The notes below the pieces were generated by a model that saw only the letters and a list, made by a program, of their open reading frames with translations, made no database searches and was not told the DNA's origin. The position numbers and the translations under genes were made by a program. From IMG/VR virus record IMGVR_UViG_3300029359_000078: a stretch of 5,506 nucleotides of DNA; one strand, given 5' to 3'. Positions 4,979-5,506 of this stretch are shown one piece after another. This DNA comes from a virus. Numbering within the stretch: the stretch's first letter is position 1; every line of letters begins with the position of its first letter.

Positions 4979-5416
4979 CTAACTGTTAACATCATTGGCT
5001 GCATTATTATCCGTGTTCTCCGTATGATTATCAGACTCAATAACGGTCTTAGTAGCAAGACCCATGGCCACAAGCTGGTCTAAATTTTCCGGGTTATCAA
5101 CGAATTCCAAGAAAGCAGCTGGGTCATAGTTGAATTGCTTGCGGACTTCCAAAGGCAAATTATCAAAATTACTCTTAGCTTCAATCATGCGATTGTACAT
5201 CTCTTGCGCATTATCTGGCAGCGATGCGAAATCACCAAAAACAGGCTGTGCAGGCTGACCGTCACCATGGAACGTAGGCATAACGCCAGAAGAGTCATAC
5301 ATTGAAACGATATAATTGATATCTGCTTCATCTTTAAACTGCTGCTGCGTCATGGAAGGGGCAGAAGACTTCCACCCTTCTCGAACACCGGCATTATATC
5401 TAGAACGTATCTCCAT
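4979..5416 (-). CDS. Internal scaffolding protein VP3, 145 aa
   Basis: MEIRSRYNAGVREGWKSSAPSMTQQQFKDEADINYIVSMYDSSGVMP...FGDFASLPDNAQEMYNRMIEAKSNFDNLPLEVRKQFNYDPAAFLEFVDNPEN resembles, from memory, the chlamydiaphage/gokushovirus VP3 scaffold family. I chose the start at ATG 5414-5416 (equivalent to 31-33) because AAGGAA lies 8 nt upstream. The track's 175-aa version begins at the window edge and overlaps the VP5-like gene. TAG at 4979-4981. Confidence 0.85.
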   Translation of the reverse strand: MEIRSRYNAGVREGWKSSAPSMTQQQFKDEADINYIVSMYDSSGVMPTFHGDGQPAQPVFGDFASLPDNAQEMYNRMIEAKSNFDNLPLEVRKQFNYDPAAFLEFVDNPENLDQLVAMGLATKTVIESDNHTENTDNNAANDVNS

Positions 5417-5506
5417 CAGCATCATTCCTTTCGACATTAGCATACTGTAAAGCGTGACTAATAAAATTAGGCATGTCATACGGCTTAAGAAGACCTTTTT
5501 CGTCAT
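5384..5506. repeat. Terminal redundancy, right copy (identical to 1-123)
   Basis: 123/123 identity with the first 123 bases of the window. Confidence 0.95.

Noticed and set aside
4882-5073. 63-aa - strand ORF overlapping the VP3 3' end and running into the intergenic hairpin
   Set aside because: It is out of frame with VP3 and continues through the 12-bp hairpin stem. It has no SD, and its hydrophobic/basic off-frame composition argues against it.
5417-5506. 30-aa N-terminal extension of VP3 in the 175-aa track ORF (MTKKVFLSRMTCLILLVTLYSMLMSKGMML)
   Set aside because: Its ATG coincides with the arbitrary window end, and the extension overlaps the VP5-like gene in another frame. The AAGGAA SD is positioned for the ATG at 5414-5416, giving a 145-aa product typical of VP3.
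1-5506. CRISPR arrays, tRNA/rRNA genes, IS elements or integrase/attachment features
   Set aside because: I found no repeat-spacer periodicity, no cloverleaf-compatible segments and no transposase or integrase-like ORFs. The only long repeat is the terminal assembly overlap, which is continuous with the coding sequence.

Overview
The window is one complete circular genome of a small ssDNA phage, Microviridae with Gokushovirinae-like gene content. It is written as the complement of the coding (virion-sense) strand. Bases 1-123 are identical to 5384-5506, so the true unit is 5,383 nt and the window is a circle opened with a 123-nt overlap. All credible genes lie on the - strand. In transcription order they are: major capsid VP1 (4817->3119), pilot/minor capsid VP2 (3105->2062), a near-consensus sigma70-type promoter (2042->2014), and a packed module of three tiny ORFs. 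That module holds a 59-aa hypothetical, a 36-aa hydrophobic peptide and a 37-aa Lys/Arg-rich J/VP8-like peptide; the last two are too short for the supplied ORF track. Next come the HUH rolling-circle Rep VP4 (1429->512), a VP5-like small protein (295->17) and the scaffold VP3 (5416->4979, start inside the terminal overlap). The most striking feature is a perfect 19-bp tandem duplication (4498-4516 / 4517-4535) inside VP1. It duplicates the codons for NGENPL, shifts the frame and splits the capsid gene into the 102-aa and 507-aa track ORFs; removing one copy restores a 559-aa capsid. Other items worth a second look: the 36-aa transmembrane peptide as a candidate single-gene lysis or membrane factor; a 101-aa two-TM ORF partly overprinted on the VP5-like gene; in-phase 18-nt direct repeats upstream of rep; a palindrome over the promoter -10; and twin hairpins in the VP3-VP1 spacer. 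I saw no tRNA, rRNA, CRISPR array or transposon. All homology statements rest on remembered family motifs, not on searches.
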